The notes beneath the pieces were generated by a model. That model was not told the DNA's origin. It made no database searches and worked only from the letters and a program-made list of their open reading frames with translations. The position numbers and the translations under genes were made by a program. From SAR92 clade bacterium (GTDB lineage Bacteria > Pseudomonadota > Gammaproteobacteria > Pseudomonadales > Porticoccaceae), in the NCBI GenBank assembly GCA_018607525.1, contig JABBBH010000051.1, positions 4,394 to 68,393 on the forward strand: a stretch of DNA of 64,000 bases, written 5' to 3'. Of the stretch, positions 36,000-46,608 are shown in pieces. Numbering within the stretch: the first letter of the stretch is position 1; each line of letters starts with the position of its first letter.

Positions 36000-36151
36000 T
36001 TTAAAAAAGCCTCTATCTATGCATCTTATGAACCAGTTGGATTCTACTGTAATTTAAAAAAATTACTAGTGATTCCTTTCTGCTAGCTATGATTCATCTA
36101 TGTTATTCTAGGTTTATTACCACAGTATTTAATTATTTGCCGATTAAGCCT

Positions 36152-36958
36152 ATGCCTGAGCTTCCTGAAGTTGAAACCACCCTCCGCGGGATAGCGCCCT
36201 TTGTCGAGGGCCAGAATATTACTGCATTAACCGTCAGACAGCCCAGCTTACGTTGGCCGGTCACTGACAATATACAGGCTATAGCCCGCGGACAAAAAAT
36301 TGAGCAGTTATCGCGGCGGGCCAAGTATATTATTTTACGGTTAGAAAGGGGCTCCATGCTGATACATTTAGGCATGAGTGGTAGTTTGCGAATTTCTGAC
36401 CCCAGTGAAACTTGGCGAAAACATGATCATATTGAGATGCAGCTAAGCAATGGTCGCGCGCTACGCTATCACGATCCGCGACGTTTTGGTTGTTGGCTGT
36501 GGTCGGCAGAAGACCACCATCAGTTAGAAAAATTAGGGCCTGAACCGCTCTCCAATAATTTTGATGGTGATGGTTTATTTCAAGCATCACGCAATCGAAA
36601 GCTTGCAGTAAAACCGTTTATTATGACCAACGCAGTGGTGGTTGGCGTGGGAAATATCTATGCCACAGAGGCGCTTTTTCGCAGCGGTATAAGGCCTAAT
36701 CGTGCAGCTAACAAAATCTCTAAACAGCGCTATCAAATACTTTCTGGCAATATAAAGGAGATTTTGGCAGAAGCAATTAAGCAGGGAGGCACCACCTTGC
36801 GTGACTTTGTTAATAGTGACGGTCAACCTGGCTATTTTCAGCAGTCCTTGGATGTCTATGGGCGAGGAGGAGAGCCTTGCAAAAAATGTGGGACAACGCT
36901 GAAGGAATTAAAGCTTGGCCAGCGCAGCTCGGTGTATTGCCCAAGCTGCCAAACCTAA
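36152..36958 (+). CDS. mutM: Formamidopyrimidine-DNA glycosylase
   Basis: MPELPEVET start, HLGMSG, GVGNIYA.E, CKKC...CPSCQ zinc finger. Confidence 0.98.
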   Translation: MPELPEVETTLRGIAPFVEGQNITALTVRQPSLRWPVTDNIQAIARGQKIEQLSRRAKYIILRLERGSMLIHLGMSGSLRISDPSETWRKHDHIEMQLSNGRALRYHDPRRFGCWLWSAEDHHQLEKLGPEPLSNNFDGDGLFQASRNRKLAVKPFIMTNAVVVGVGNIYATEALFRSGIRPNRAANKISKQRYQILSGNIKEILAEAIKQGGTTLRDFVNSDGQPGYFQQSLDVYGRGGEPCKKCGTTLKELKLGQRSSVYCPSCQT

Positions 36959-36959
36959 C

Positions 36960-37460
<501 letters not shown>

Positions 37461-37484
37461 TTATGGATCGGCATATTACTTAAA

Positions 37485-38075
37485 TTATGCCGTTTGCTCA
37501 ACGTATTCAAATAAACAGTAGCGAACATTGCCGGCAATTTTGTCCTTAATTAGTCGCCAACTCAGGGGTAAGTCTTGAGCTTCGGTTGCCGGAAATTCAC
37601 AGTATATCTGGGCCTTAGAGGCCAACCAGTTACCAGAAATAAGTAACCTGCTGGCCTGTTTGTGAAGCTTCATGTCAAAGGGTGGATCAAGAAAAATAAT
37701 ATCGTATGGTTTGGCTGTATTTCCACGCTCAAGCAATTTTTGGCAATCACCAGAGACAATATCAAGATTATTAGCCGTAAGCTGTGCTTGATTATGTCTC
37801 AGTTCAGAAACAGCTTGAGAATTCGCTTCAATAGCAACGCAACAATCCGCTCCCCGTGAAAGTGCTTCAAAACAGAGAGCGCCAGAACCTGCAAAAAGGT
37901 CTAGGCATCTAGCGCCCTCGATAGTGGGCGCAAGCCAGTTAAAGAGCGTTTCACGGATGCGACTGCCAGTTGGGCGCAAGCCATCCACAGACACAAAGCG
38001 AAGATTTCGGCTACGCCATTTGCCGCCGATAATGCGTACTGAGCCCGATGATTGTTGAGATCCTTTTTTTGCCAA
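37485..38075 (-). CDS. rsmD: 16S rRNA m2G966 methyltransferase
   Basis: RIIGGKWR.R, RPTG.R.RETLFNWL, LDLFAGSG, FLDPPF. Confidence 0.96.
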   Translation of the reverse strand: MAKKGSQQSSGSVRIIGGKWRSRNLRFVSVDGLRPTGSRIRETLFNWLAPTIEGARCLDLFAGSGALCFEALSRGADCCVAIEANSQAVSELRHNQAQLTANNLDIVSGDCQKLLERGNTAKPYDIIFLDPPFDMKLHKQASRLLISGNWLASKAQIYCEFPATEAQDLPLSWRLIKDKIAGNVRYCLFEYVEQTA

Positions 38076-38174
38076 TGAAATGCTTCTCCGATTAAAAATT
38101 TAAACCCATTTTTATGGGATGCCCTCAAAGGATAGGATACACTAGAAACAAGTAACCCTGTAAACCAACCTTAG

Positions 38175-39242
38175 GTGTATTCGGAGTCTTTTGACCCTAT
38201 GCAACAGTCAGATAAAAAATCTTTTTTTGATCGCTTCAAACGCAACCAATCTTCGGTTGAGATTCAGGCTGCTGAAGAAACCATAAAGCAGGCCCCTCCT
38301 GAAAGCACCGAAAAGACCGCTACGCCAAGTTTTATGGATCGCATGCGCAAGGCTTTGACGCGAACTGGCAGTGGCTTTACTAGCCTGTTCTTGGGCGCAA
38401 AAAAAATTGATGCAGATATTTTAGAAGAACTCGAAACATTATTGTTAATCGCGGATGTAGGTGTTGAGGTAACAGGGTCAATCATTCAAGAGCTAACCGA
38501 TCGGGTTAGCAGAAACCAGCTTCAAGACGGCGCTGCGTTGCATACCGCGCTAAAAGATCTTCTATTAGCCAAGCTAGCCCCTTGCGAGGTTCCTTTTAAC
38601 ATAGAATTAGCCACTGGGCCTCACATAACTCTGGTGGTAGGCGTTAATGGCGTGGGTAAAACTACCACCATCGGCAAAATAGCGAGCTATCTTAAACAGC
38701 AGGGCAAGTCAGTTATTTTGGCAGCTGGGGATACCTTTAGAGCAGCTGCCGTCGAGCAATTACAAGCCTGGGGTGATCGCAATCAGGTACCGGTGGTGGC
38801 ACAACATACAGGCGCAGATAGTGCCTCTGTAATTTTTGATGCCATACAGGCTGCATCGTCACGAAACGTAGATGCTGTAATCGCTGACACCGCAGGAAGG
38901 CTTCATAATAAAAGTAATTTAATGGAAGAGTTAGAAAAGGTTAAGCGTGTTGCTGGCAAGCTTGATAGCAACGCCCCCCATGAGGTTTTGTTGGTGCTTG
39001 ATGCGGCAACGGGTCAAAACGCCGTGGTGCAAATGGCACAGTTTCATCAAACGGTTGGCGTGACTGGAATCGCCTTAACTAAGCTAGATGGCACCGCTAA
39101 GGGCGGAGTCATTTTTGCGTTAGCCGAGAAATTTAATGTACCCATCCGCTTTATTGGGGTGGGCGAGGGTCAAAATGACTTACAACCTTTTGTCGCCAGT
39201 GACTTTGTTGATGCCTTGTTGGGTGTTGCGCAGAGTGATTAA
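38175..39242 (+). CDS. ftsY: SRP receptor FtsY
   Basis: GVNGVGKTTTIGK, DTFRAAA, DTAGR, TKLDGTAKGG; an alternative start is ATG at 38199. Confidence 0.97.
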   Translation: MYSESFDPMQQSDKKSFFDRFKRNQSSVEIQAAEETIKQAPPESTEKTATPSFMDRMRKALTRTGSGFTSLFLGAKKIDADILEELETLLLIADVGVEVTGSIIQELTDRVSRNQLQDGAALHTALKDLLLAKLAPCEVPFNIELATGPHITLVVGVNGVGKTTTIGKIASYLKQQGKSVILAAGDTFRAAAVEQLQAWGDRNQVPVVAQHTGADSASVIFDAIQAASSRNVDAVIADTAGRLHNKSNLMEELEKVKRVAGKLDSNAPHEVLLVLDAATGQNAVVQMAQFHQTVGVTGIALTKLDGTAKGGVIFALAEKFNVPIRFIGVGEGQNDLQPFVASDFVDALLGVAQSD

Positions 39243-39245
39243 GCT

Positions 39246-39926
39246 ATGATTCATTTTGATAATGTTAGCAAGCGCTATCCCGGAGGGTATGAGGCCCTTA
39301 GTGGGGTCAATCTGCACCTTGACGCAGGTGAGCTAGCGTTTTTAACGGGCCATTCTGGTGCCGGTAAAAGTACATTATTGAAGCTGTTAATGTTGCTTGA
39401 GCGCCCTACATCAGGTGCTTTGCTCATTAATGGCAAAAACGTCAGCCGTTTATCCAATTTTCGTATTCCTAGCTACCGTAGACAGTTGGGTGTGGTGTTT
39501 CAAGATCACCAATTACTCATGGACCGAACGGTCTTTGACAACGTTGCCTTGCCGCTTCAGGTTGCAGGCTTTTCTAGAAAAGAAACCGGCCGTCGCGTTC
39601 GCGCAGCTCTCGACAGTGTTGGCTTGCTGAGCAAAGAAAAACAAAGCCCCTTAGCGCTATCAGGCGGTGAGCAACAGCGCGTGGGCATTGCTAGAGCGGT
39701 AGTACATAAACCAAGAATATTATTAGCAGATGAGCCAACGGGTAATCTTGACCCCGAATTGTCAGCTGAAATTATGAATCTGTTTCAGCGCTTTCAAGAT
39801 GTTGGCGTTACCGTACTAATTGCTACCCATGATATTGATTTGATTCATCGACTAAATCACAGAATTGTTCGTTTAGATCAAGGTTCAGTAGCAGAGGGTG
39901 GAGGTGCCTATGCCCCAGCCTTCTAA
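39246..39926 (+). CDS. ftsE: Cell division ATP-binding protein FtsE
   Basis: [32 protein letters not shown]; lies between ftsY and ftsX. Confidence 0.97.
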   Translation: MIHFDNVSKRYPGGYEALSGVNLHLDAGELAFLTGHSGAGKSTLLKLLMLLERPTSGALLINGKNVSRLSNFRIPSYRRQLGVVFQDHQLLMDRTVFDNVALPLQVAGFSRKETGRRVRAALDSVGLLSKEKQSPLALSGGEQQRVGIARAVVHKPRILLADEPTGNLDPELSAEIMNLFQRFQDVGVTVLIATHDIDLIHRLNHRIVRLDQGSVAEGGGAYAPAF

Positions 39927-40896
39927 TCAAACAGCTCGCAGAGGAGCAGTGGGCGCCAAGGTCGGTTTGCGTGCCAAAATGGGTGCGGTAATTGCCCATC
40001 ATCGGCACACCCTTGAAGATAGTCTTATCAGGTTACTGCGAGATCCCTTCCAGACGCTCATGACTACAGTGGTTGTGGCTATCGCTTTATCTTTGCCGGC
40101 CACGCTCTTGCTGGTTGTCGACAATGTCCGCCAGTTTGAAAATAATTTTGACTCTTTTTCCCAGATAACAGTTTATGTCAACAATACCGCGAGCCAGCAG
40201 CAAGTCGCTGTAATACAGGAAAAAATACAGAGTTTCTCTGAAGTAAATAGTCTGGTTTATGTGGATCCTAAGCAGGCGCTTAACGAGTTTACTGAGGCCT
40301 CTGGATTTGGTTCAGCCCTTGAGTACCTCGACGACAACCCATTACCGCCGGTGTTTATTATCGAGCCCGCTATCGATGTTTTATCTTTGCCGCAAAAAGC
40401 TCAGAAGCTCATAGCGAAAATGGTCAACATAGACTTAGTTGATGATGCGCAAATTGATATGCTATGGCTACAGCGCCTGAAAAGCCTCACAGAACTTGGC
40501 AAAAAAGTAGTTTTGGCACTTGGCGGTGCCTTAGGTCTTGGTGTGCTAGTGATTATAGGCAATAGCATAAGGCTTGCTATTCATAGTCGTCGTGAAGAAA
40601 TTATTGTGGTTAAGTTAGTTGGTGGAACGGACGCTTATGTCAGAAGACCTTTTCTCTATTTTGGCATGCTGCAGGGGCTTTTTGGTGCTTTAGTGGCCGG
40701 GATTATGCTGACTATTGGATTCTGGTGGCTAGGCGGGTCGGTTGAAAATATCAGTCAACTTTATGGCAGTCATTTTATGCTCAGAGGGCCGGGGTTCCAG
40801 GGGTTTTTTGCGCTTCTTGGCACGGGGTTTTTGCTGGGTCTTGCGGGGGCTTGGTTGGCAGTGGGCAAGCATCTTAATCATATCAAACCAAGATAG
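39910..40896 (+). CDS. ftsX: Cell division permease FtsX
   Basis: IGNSIRL.I..RR.EI.V.KLVGGTD.YVRRPFLY; ATG at 39910 after GGAGG. Confidence 0.95.
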   Translation: MPQPSNQTARRGAVGAKVGLRAKMGAVIAHHRHTLEDSLIRLLRDPFQTLMTTVVVAIALSLPATLLLVVDNVRQFENNFDSFSQITVYVNNTASQQQVAVIQEKIQSFSEVNSLVYVDPKQALNEFTEASGFGSALEYLDDNPLPPVFIIEPAIDVLSLPQKAQKLIAKMVNIDLVDDAQIDMLWLQRLKSLTELGKKVVLALGGALGLGVLVIIGNSIRLAIHSRREEIIVVKLVGGTDAYVRRPFLYFGMLQGLFGALVAGIMLTIGFWWLGGSVENISQLYGSHFMLRGPGFQGFFALLGTGFLLGLAGAWLAVGKHLNHIKPR

Positions 40897-40970
40897 CGTA
40901 GTTTGCGTAAATTCCGCTATAAATCCAAATAGCACTTGAATTTCTGCTAATAGGCACTATTTTAAAATAA

Positions 40971-40979
40971 TGCTATAAT
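40971..40979 (+). promoter_or_regulatory. Extended -10 promoter element upstream of rpoH
   Basis: TG-C-TATAAT, ending 24 bp before the rpoH ATG. Confidence 0.55.
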
Positions 40980-41003
40980 TGGTAGCTGACACAAGAGAAT
41001 TTT

Positions 41004-41858
41004 ATGACTAAATCGCTTCAAACAATGGATTGGATGAGTCCTGGCGCTAACCTGAATGCTTATATTCAGGGAACTGCCTCTGTGCCTATCCTTTCCCTCG
41101 ATGAAGAGCGTGCCCTAGGTGAGGCCCTGTATTATCAGGACGATCTTGAGGCGGCACGACGTTTGGTCATGGCTCATCTTCGCTTTGTTGTTCACATTGC
41201 ACGCTCTTATAATGGCTATGGTCTTCCGCTGGGAGATTTAATCCAAGAGGGCAACGTGGGTCTGATGAAGGCAGTAAAGCGCTTTAATCCCGAGAAAGGT
41301 GCGCGTTTGGTTTCTTTTGCGGTTCACTGGATTAAGGCGGAGATACATGAATTTATTCTTCGTAACTGGCGAATTGTTAAAGTCGCTACCACCAAGTCTC
41401 AGCGAAAATTATTCTTCAACTTGCGCGGTGCTAAAAAGCAGCTTCAATGGCTTTCTAGCGATGAAGCCAAAGCGGTGGCAGATGACTTAGGTGTTGAAGT
41501 AAAAGACGTGATGGAAATGGAAATGCGCCTTTCGGCACATGATGCCTGTTTTGATGCACCGGATGACGACGATGACGAAAAAACAGCCTATGCTCCGGCC
41601 CTTTATCTGGAAGACAAAAGCGCTGATCCAGCAACCTCTGTTGAAAATGATGACTATAAAGCTGATAACAATGCCCGTCTTGGTCAGGCAGTCAGCGTTT
41701 TAGATCAGCGCAGTCAAGAAATACTTCAACGACGTTGGTTAGATGATAAGAAAGCGACTCTTCATCAGCTTGCGGATGAATATGGCGTGTCGGCGGAAAG
41801 AATTAGACAGCTAGAAAAGAACGCTATGCTCAAAGTGCGTGCAGCGATGGAAGCCTAG
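41004..41858 (+). CDS. rpoH: RNA polymerase sigma-32
   Basis: [14 protein letters not shown], RpoH box QRKLFFNLR, follows ftsYEX. Confidence 0.98.
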   Translation: MTKSLQTMDWMSPGANLNAYIQGTASVPILSLDEERALGEALYYQDDLEAARRLVMAHLRFVVHIARSYNGYGLPLGDLIQEGNVGLMKAVKRFNPEKGARLVSFAVHWIKAEIHEFILRNWRIVKVATTKSQRKLFFNLRGAKKQLQWLSSDEAKAVADDLGVEVKDVMEMEMRLSAHDACFDAPDDDDDEKTAYAPALYLEDKSADPATSVENDDYKADNNARLGQAVSVLDQRSQEILQRRWLDDKKATLHQLADEYGVSAERIRQLEKNAMLKVRAAMEA

Positions 41859-41877
41859 TAGAACAGAGAGAAGAACC

Positions 41878-41911
41878 AAACCGCGCCGATCAGTTTCAGT
41901 GCGGTTTTTTT
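41878..41911 (+). terminator. Intrinsic terminator after rpoH
   Basis: AAACCGCGC...GTGCGGTTTTTTT hairpin with T tail. Confidence 0.75.
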
Positions 41912-42304
41912 ATGCCTATGAATAAACTTTTTTGGATAAAAATTGTAGCCATTAACGGGCTATTAGCCGTGCTTTTAGGGGCATTTGCTGCGCACGCTTT
42001 AGAGGCTAGCCTCTCACCTGAACGAATAGCGGTTTTTCATACCGCAGTAAAGTATCAGATGTTTCACACTCTGGCATTATTAGGCTTGATTTGCATAGAC
42101 AATAAAGTAGGGTCACCGCAGCTCAGAACCTACGCCGCGATCTTTTTCTTATTGGGTATAGGCTTATTTTCAGGCTCACTCTATCTTTTAGTGGCTACAG
42201 ACATCACCAGGCTAGCCTTAGTGACGCCGATTGGCGGTCTCGCATTTTTAGTGGGGTGGGTTTTGTTGTTAATTTCAGCGCGGGAAAAAAATAATGGAAA
42301 TTAA
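41912..42304 (+). CDS. DUF423 family membrane protein (YgdD/TMEM256-like)
   Basis: LGAFAAH, TAVKYQMFH, LFSGSLY, TPIGG. Confidence 0.92.
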   Translation: MPMNKLFWIKIVAINGLLAVLLGAFAAHALEASLSPERIAVFHTAVKYQMFHTLALLGLICIDNKVGSPQLRTYAAIFFLLGIGLFSGSLYLLVATDITRLALVTPIGGLAFLVGWVLLLISAREKNNGN

Positions 42305-42980
42305 ACCAGAGTTTCGCGATAAAACCATTCGTAGCTTCGTGGTGAGGGCCGGTCGCATGACAAAGGCGCAACGCAGCGCCTTTGAGCAGGGCTGGGAATG
42401 CTATGGCTTACGCCTTGCCGACGGCATGATTGATCTAGGGGCTTTGTTTGGTCGCAATAATACAAAAGTGGTTGAAATTGGTTTTGGTATGGGTGGTTCG
42501 TTGCTAGAGATGGCTGAGCAACAAGCTGATACTGACTTTGTGGGGATAGAGGTCCATCCCCCCGGCGTTGGCAGTCTGATTAATGCCGCACAGGAAAAAC
42601 AAATCAAAAATCTAAAAGTTTATCTGGCGGATGCTACGGACGTTTTAAGTGAGTGTTTTTCAGATAACAGTATTGACAGAATTCAGCTATATTTTCCTGA
42701 TCCTTGGCATAAGAAAAAGCATAATAAGCGTCGTATAGTTCAGCCAAAATTTTTACAGCTTATGCGTACTAAGCTCGCCCCCGGTGGCGTGTTACATATG
42801 GCAACCGATTGGGAGCCCTATGCAGAGCAAATGCTTGAGCTTATCCAAGAGGCTGAAGGGTTTAAAAATATGGCAAATGACTTTGTGCCAAGGCCTGAAT
42901 TTAGGCCCCTGACAAAATTTGAAAAGCGCGGCGAAAGATTGGGTCACGGCGTATGGGATTTAATGGCAGAAAAAATCTGA
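42294..42980 (+). CDS. trmB: tRNA (guanine-N7)-methyltransferase
   Basis: IRSFV.RAGR.T, EIGFGMG, FPDPWHKKKHNKRR, HMATDW. Confidence 0.97.
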   Translation: MEIKPEFRDKTIRSFVVRAGRMTKAQRSAFEQGWECYGLRLADGMIDLGALFGRNNTKVVEIGFGMGGSLLEMAEQQADTDFVGIEVHPPGVGSLINAAQEKQIKNLKVYLADATDVLSECFSDNSIDRIQLYFPDPWHKKKHNKRRIVQPKFLQLMRTKLAPGGVLHMATDWEPYAEQMLELIQEAEGFKNMANDFVPRPEFRPLTKFEKRGERLGHGVWDLMAEKI

Positions 42981-43014
42981 TAAGAGGTTTTTAAACTTTT
43001 TTTAACAAGCAATC

Positions 43015-43041
43015 GAACTATTTATTATTTGTTTAGTCATA
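43015..43041 (+). promoter_or_regulatory. Candidate sigmaE/AlgU promoter for the FKBP gene
   Basis: GAACTA, 16 bp spacer, TCATA, compared with the consensus GAACTT-N16-TCAnA. Confidence 0.45.
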
Positions 43042-43099
43042 AAAATAGCCTAAACTTAGTACAAATAAAATAATTTACATTAATTACTGGGAAACGACG

Positions 43100-43843
43100 A
43101 TGATGAAAAAAATTAGCCTAATTGCACTTTTTTCGTTGGCCTTAACTGCCTGCGGTCATGATAAGGCAGCTGAGCCAGAAGCTGCGGCTTTAGAGACTCA
43201 AGATCAAAAGGTGAGCTACCTTATGGGCATTGAAAATGGAAAAGGTATTACCTCAACGGGTGTAGACCTAGACCAAGCAGCTTACCATCAGGGTTTTGCT
43301 GACGGTGCTGCAAAAAATGAATCAAAATTAAGCGAAGAAGAAACCGCCAATGTAATCGGTGAGTTTCAAAAGCAAATGATGGCTAAGCGCCAAGAAATGC
43401 AAAAAGTTGAAGAGGAGGCAAAAGATTTGGAATCAGATGCGAATCTTAAAGAGGGCGCAGCTTTTTTAGAAGCCAACGCGGCTAAAGAAGGCGTAGTAAC
43501 CACTGAATCTGGCTTACAGTACAAAGTACTGACTAAGGGTGAAGGCCCAAAACCCACTAAGGAAAGTACAGTGGAAGTTCATTATGCAGGTAAGCTTTTG
43601 GATGGAACGGAATTTGATAGCTCTATTAAGCGTGGCGTACCGGTTAAGTTTGGCGTTACCCAAGTAATTCCTGGCTGGACAGAAGCCTTACAGCTAATGT
43701 CAGAGGGCTCGAAGTGGGAGCTTTATATCCCTGCTGATCTTGGCTATGGTGCTGGCGGTCAGGGTCCTATTGGTCCTAACTCTGTACTGGTTTTTGACGT
43801 GGAATTATTAAAAGCCGATGTTAATAAAGCAGATGCTAGCTAG
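43100..43843 (+). CDS. FKBP-type peptidyl-prolyl isomerase (FkpA/Mip family), predicted lipoprotein
   Basis: Lipobox LTAC, KVSYLMG, TTESGLQY, FDSS..RG, VIPGWTEALQLM. Confidence 0.95.
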   Translation: MMKKISLIALFSLALTACGHDKAAEPEAAALETQDQKVSYLMGIENGKGITSTGVDLDQAAYHQGFADGAAKNESKLSEEETANVIGEFQKQMMAKRQEMQKVEEEAKDLESDANLKEGAAFLEANAAKEGVVTTESGLQYKVLTKGEGPKPTKESTVEVHYAGKLLDGTEFDSSIKRGVPVKFGVTQVIPGWTEALQLMSEGSKWELYIPADLGYGAGGQGPIGPNSVLVFDVELLKADVNKADAS

Positions 43844-43867
43844 TTAACCATCGCTAAATCTGTGAAT

Positions 43868-43894
43868 AAAAAAGTCCCTAGCTGGGGCTTTTTT
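43868..43894. terminator. Bidirectional terminator between the FKBP gene and rsd
   Basis: AAAAAAGTCCC-TAGCT-GGGGCTTTTTT between convergent genes. Confidence 0.85.
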
Positions 43895-43904
43895 ATTGCC
43901 CTAA

Positions 43905-44390
43905 TTAATTAGCAGGCTTTTTGATGAGCACCTGTTGATAGTGGGCACTATGTAAAATATTGACCATTTGGTCTTCAATCTCAAACCGCTGAGCGAGGGT
44001 TTCACCTAAAGCGGACAAATCAGCCGCTAAGGTCAAGAGATCATCGGTGGCTAAATATTTATCATTAAAATCTAAGATTAGATCGGTTAGCGAATAAATT
44101 GCCGGCAATAGTTTTTTGCCCGAGGCTAATGCTTCTGCATCATTAAAAAGGTGACCCTCGTCGACGAGCTGCTCGAAAATCTCAAAATGACCCTCGGAGA
44201 TATAGTCAACCAACTGCTGACAAAAAGTCTGTAGCTGTTTTCCCTGAGCATAATCATTATCTTTAAAGTCTTTGAAATTGCTGAGGTGGTAAAAGGTAAT
44301 AAGAAGTTCTCGGCGGGCTTCAAGCCAGTGCTTGATCCGCTCATGGGCCCATGGCCAAAATTCATTTGGCTTTATGTTTTTGTCTTCCAT
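43905..44390 (-). CDS. rsd: Regulator of sigma D, Rsd/AlgQ
   Basis: WL.ARRELL, FCQQLVDYISEGHFEIFE, LGE.LA.RFE.ED; likely ATG at 44390. Confidence 0.92.
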   Translation of the reverse strand: MEDKNIKPNEFWPWAHERIKHWLEARRELLITFYHLSNFKDFKDNDYAQGKQLQTFCQQLVDYISEGHFEIFEQLVDEGHLFNDAEALASGKKLLPAIYSLTDLILDFNDKYLATDDLLTLAADLSALGETLAQRFEIEDQMVNILHSAHYQQVLIKKPAN

Positions 44391-44504
44391 AAGTAAATCC
44401 ATAATCCATTTTTGAATTTATAGCTTACTCTTATTATAGGAATAAAGGAAAATCTTTATTCAAATGCCAATATTTCCCTTTAACAACGAGAGGAATAAAG
44501 CGCT

Positions 44505-44999
44505 TTAGACTTTGCGAAGAAACTGATAAATGCCAGCTACAACATAACCAATAAAAGCTAATAAAACCCAGCCCGGCATACTTAGACCTAAAAGCTGCCA
44601 CTGAACTTCTGCGCAGTTTCCATCGCCTCGCAGCAGGTGTGAAATGGCTTCTGAAAGTGAAAAAACGTCAAACAGATAGTCCACAGGAATACCACATGCC
44701 GGGATCTTGTCTTCAGGAAGACTTTGAAGCCAAAGCTGCTTCCCTGAAAAATAGCTACCAACAAGCGCAAGACTAGTAGATAGACCTGCATAGAGTTTTT
44801 GCCCGCTTTGCGTGGGGTTATGTAAAGCCGCCAGAGCACAGACAACCGCGATAGACATAATAAAAACGCGCTGGGTTATACAAAGATAGCAAGGCTCAAG
44901 CCCCAGATGATTCTGGAAATACAGGACTGCTAGCAGTATGAGCAGGATTCCGATTAATGCTTGAAGACAATTTATGGTCCTGTAACCTGGCAGATTCAT
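44505..44999 (-). CDS. dsbB: Disulfide bond formation protein DsbB
   Basis: LEPCYLCITQR, ACG...GNCAE second Cys pair; the ATG at 44999 overlaps the gshA stop. Confidence 0.93.
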   Translation of the reverse strand: MNLPGYRTINCLQALIGILLILLAVLYFQNHLGLEPCYLCITQRVFIMSIAVVCALAALHNPTQSGQKLYAGLSTSLALVGSYFSGKQLWLQSLPEDKIPACGIPVDYLFDVFSLSEAISHLLRGDGNCAEVQWQLLGLSMPGWVLLAFIGYVVAGIYQFLRKV

Positions 45000-46594
45000 A
45001 CTGACTCCTGAACTGTTGTTTTTGACATTGCCCAATAATCTGCCAAATAGCGGTGAAAAGACTGAGTATCGTTATGCTCTATTTGCGCCTGTTTATTATG
45101 CGATGCTTTTGCTAACTCACTATAGGTTTTCTCAAGCTCAGCTTCAATATTTCCCTGAGTAAATTGGTCGCGTTGTTCTTTGGCTTTTCTCATGGCCATA
45201 CGAAAATAGGTTTCAGTGTTCTCTGTCATTTCCGCTAGCATTTGGGCTGAGGGCGTTGCCTGTGCCTCTGAAATTTTTCCCTGCATTTTTGCCAAAACTT
45301 GCGAATAGTGATTTTTACTTTGATTGGCAATGTCTAACTGTTGCGCAATAGGGTCCATTTTTTCTAGTAATTCTTTACCCCAGTGGCGAAGCGATCGTTC
45401 GTTTTGGTTTTGCCATAGTTTTAATTCAGGGTCACGTCCGTTGTAGACTGTGCGCAGCATATTTTCCGACAGGCGCTGCGAGTCTTGGTCGCTGATATCT
45501 GGGCTATCGCTAAATAAGCAGAAGAGTAAAAAGGTATCTAAAAACTGTATAGTTTGAGCATCAATCCCGCAGGATATTAGTGGGTTTACATCAAGACAGC
45601 GCACTTCAATATATTCAACCCCATGCCGTTCAAGCGCCTGAAGAGGCGTTTCGTTTTCGGTCGCTGTGCGCTTGGGGCGTATAGGACTATAAAATTCATT
45701 TTCAATCTGTAAAACATGAGTATTGAGCTGATTGTAGTCACCCTGTTCATCTTTCAAGCCAATATCAGCATAGCTTTGGTAGGGCTCTGCAAGTGCAGCA
45801 CGCAGTGTGCCTATATATTGCTCAAGGCTGTTGTAGGAAACATCTAGGTTACTTTGCGCCTGACTTTGATAGCCCAGATCACCCATGCGGAGTGAGGTGG
45901 CGTTGGGCTGATAGAGACTATGACTATCTGTGCCTACCGGGCTTAAATGATGGTCTCTACTGGCAACAAAACTTCTGCAAACAGCCGGTGCAGCGCCCAG
46001 TAAATAAAGAAGCAGCCAGGCATAGCGCCTAAAATTTCTAATTAGTTTGAAATAGCCTTCCGATTTAAAGTCTTGTAACGACAGGTGACTATTTTGTTTT
46101 TCTTTAAGTGCTTCCCAGAGCTCATCGGGAAGCGAAAAGTTGTAGTGAATGCCCGCAATAGTCTGCATTGCACGACCATATCTATGGCCCAGCCCTTTGC
46201 GATATATCTCTTTCATTTGACCTACATTGGAGCTGCCATATTGGGCAATGGGTATCTGATCATCGGCGCCAAGCTGGCAGGGCATACTGCTGACCCAAAG
46301 TAGTTCGTCTTCTATCTGGTGATAGGTAAAGCGATGCAAGTCTTCAAGCTCTTTCAGAACGGCTTCAATAGAGCTACTGGGTGCAGTAATGAATTCAAGT
46401 AGCGCCTCTGAATAATCCGTAGTGATTGAGGGATGCGTCAATGCGGACCCCAAGCTCTTTGGGTGAGGTGTAGAGGCAATATGGCCGCTAGGAGTGACGC
46501 GAAGACTTTCCTTTTCTATACCTCGAATAATTCCCTTTAAATGACGTGAGACTTGAGGGTTGTCTAAAAGCACTAAATGATCAGGTAAGGACAA
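44996..46594 (-). CDS. gshA: Glutamate-cysteine ligase
   Basis: RGIEKESLRV, ITTDYSEALLEFIT, GIHYNFS, LQIENEFYSPIRPKR, YIEVRCLD. Confidence 0.98.
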   Translation of the reverse strand: MSLPDHLVLLDNPQVSRHLKGIIRGIEKESLRVTPSGHIASTPHPKSLGSALTHPSITTDYSEALLEFITAPSSSIEAVLKELEDLHRFTYHQIEDELLWVSSMPCQLGADDQIPIAQYGSSNVGQMKEIYRKGLGHRYGRAMQTIAGIHYNFSLPDELWEALKEKQNSHLSLQDFKSEGYFKLIRNFRRYAWLLLYLLGAAPAVCRSFVASRDHHLSPVGTDSHSLYQPNATSLRMGDLGYQSQAQSNLDVSYNSLEQYIGTLRAALAEPYQSYADIGLKDEQGDYNQLNTHVLQIENEFYSPIRPKRTATENETPLQALERHGVEYIEVRCLDVNPLISCGIDAQTIQFLDTFLLFCLFSDSPDISDQDSQRLSENMLRTVYNGRDPELKLWQNQNERSLRHWGKELLEKMDPIAQQLDIANQSKNHYSQVLAKMQGKISEAQATPSAQMLAEMTENTETYFRMAMRKAKEQRDQFTQGNIEAELEKTYSELAKASHNKQAQIEHNDTQSFHRYLADYWAMSKTTVQESV

Positions 46595-46608
46595 GGTTGG
46601 CCTCTCAG

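Noticed and set aside
43861-43869. Consensus DnaA box TGTGAATAA next to the FKBP/rsd terminator
   Set aside because: A single isolated 9-mer, expected by chance; there is no cluster suggesting datA or DARS.
44247-44262. Partial Fur-box-like CATAATCATTATC
   Set aside because: Lies inside the rsd coding sequence, is explained by the codons, and is only a partial match.
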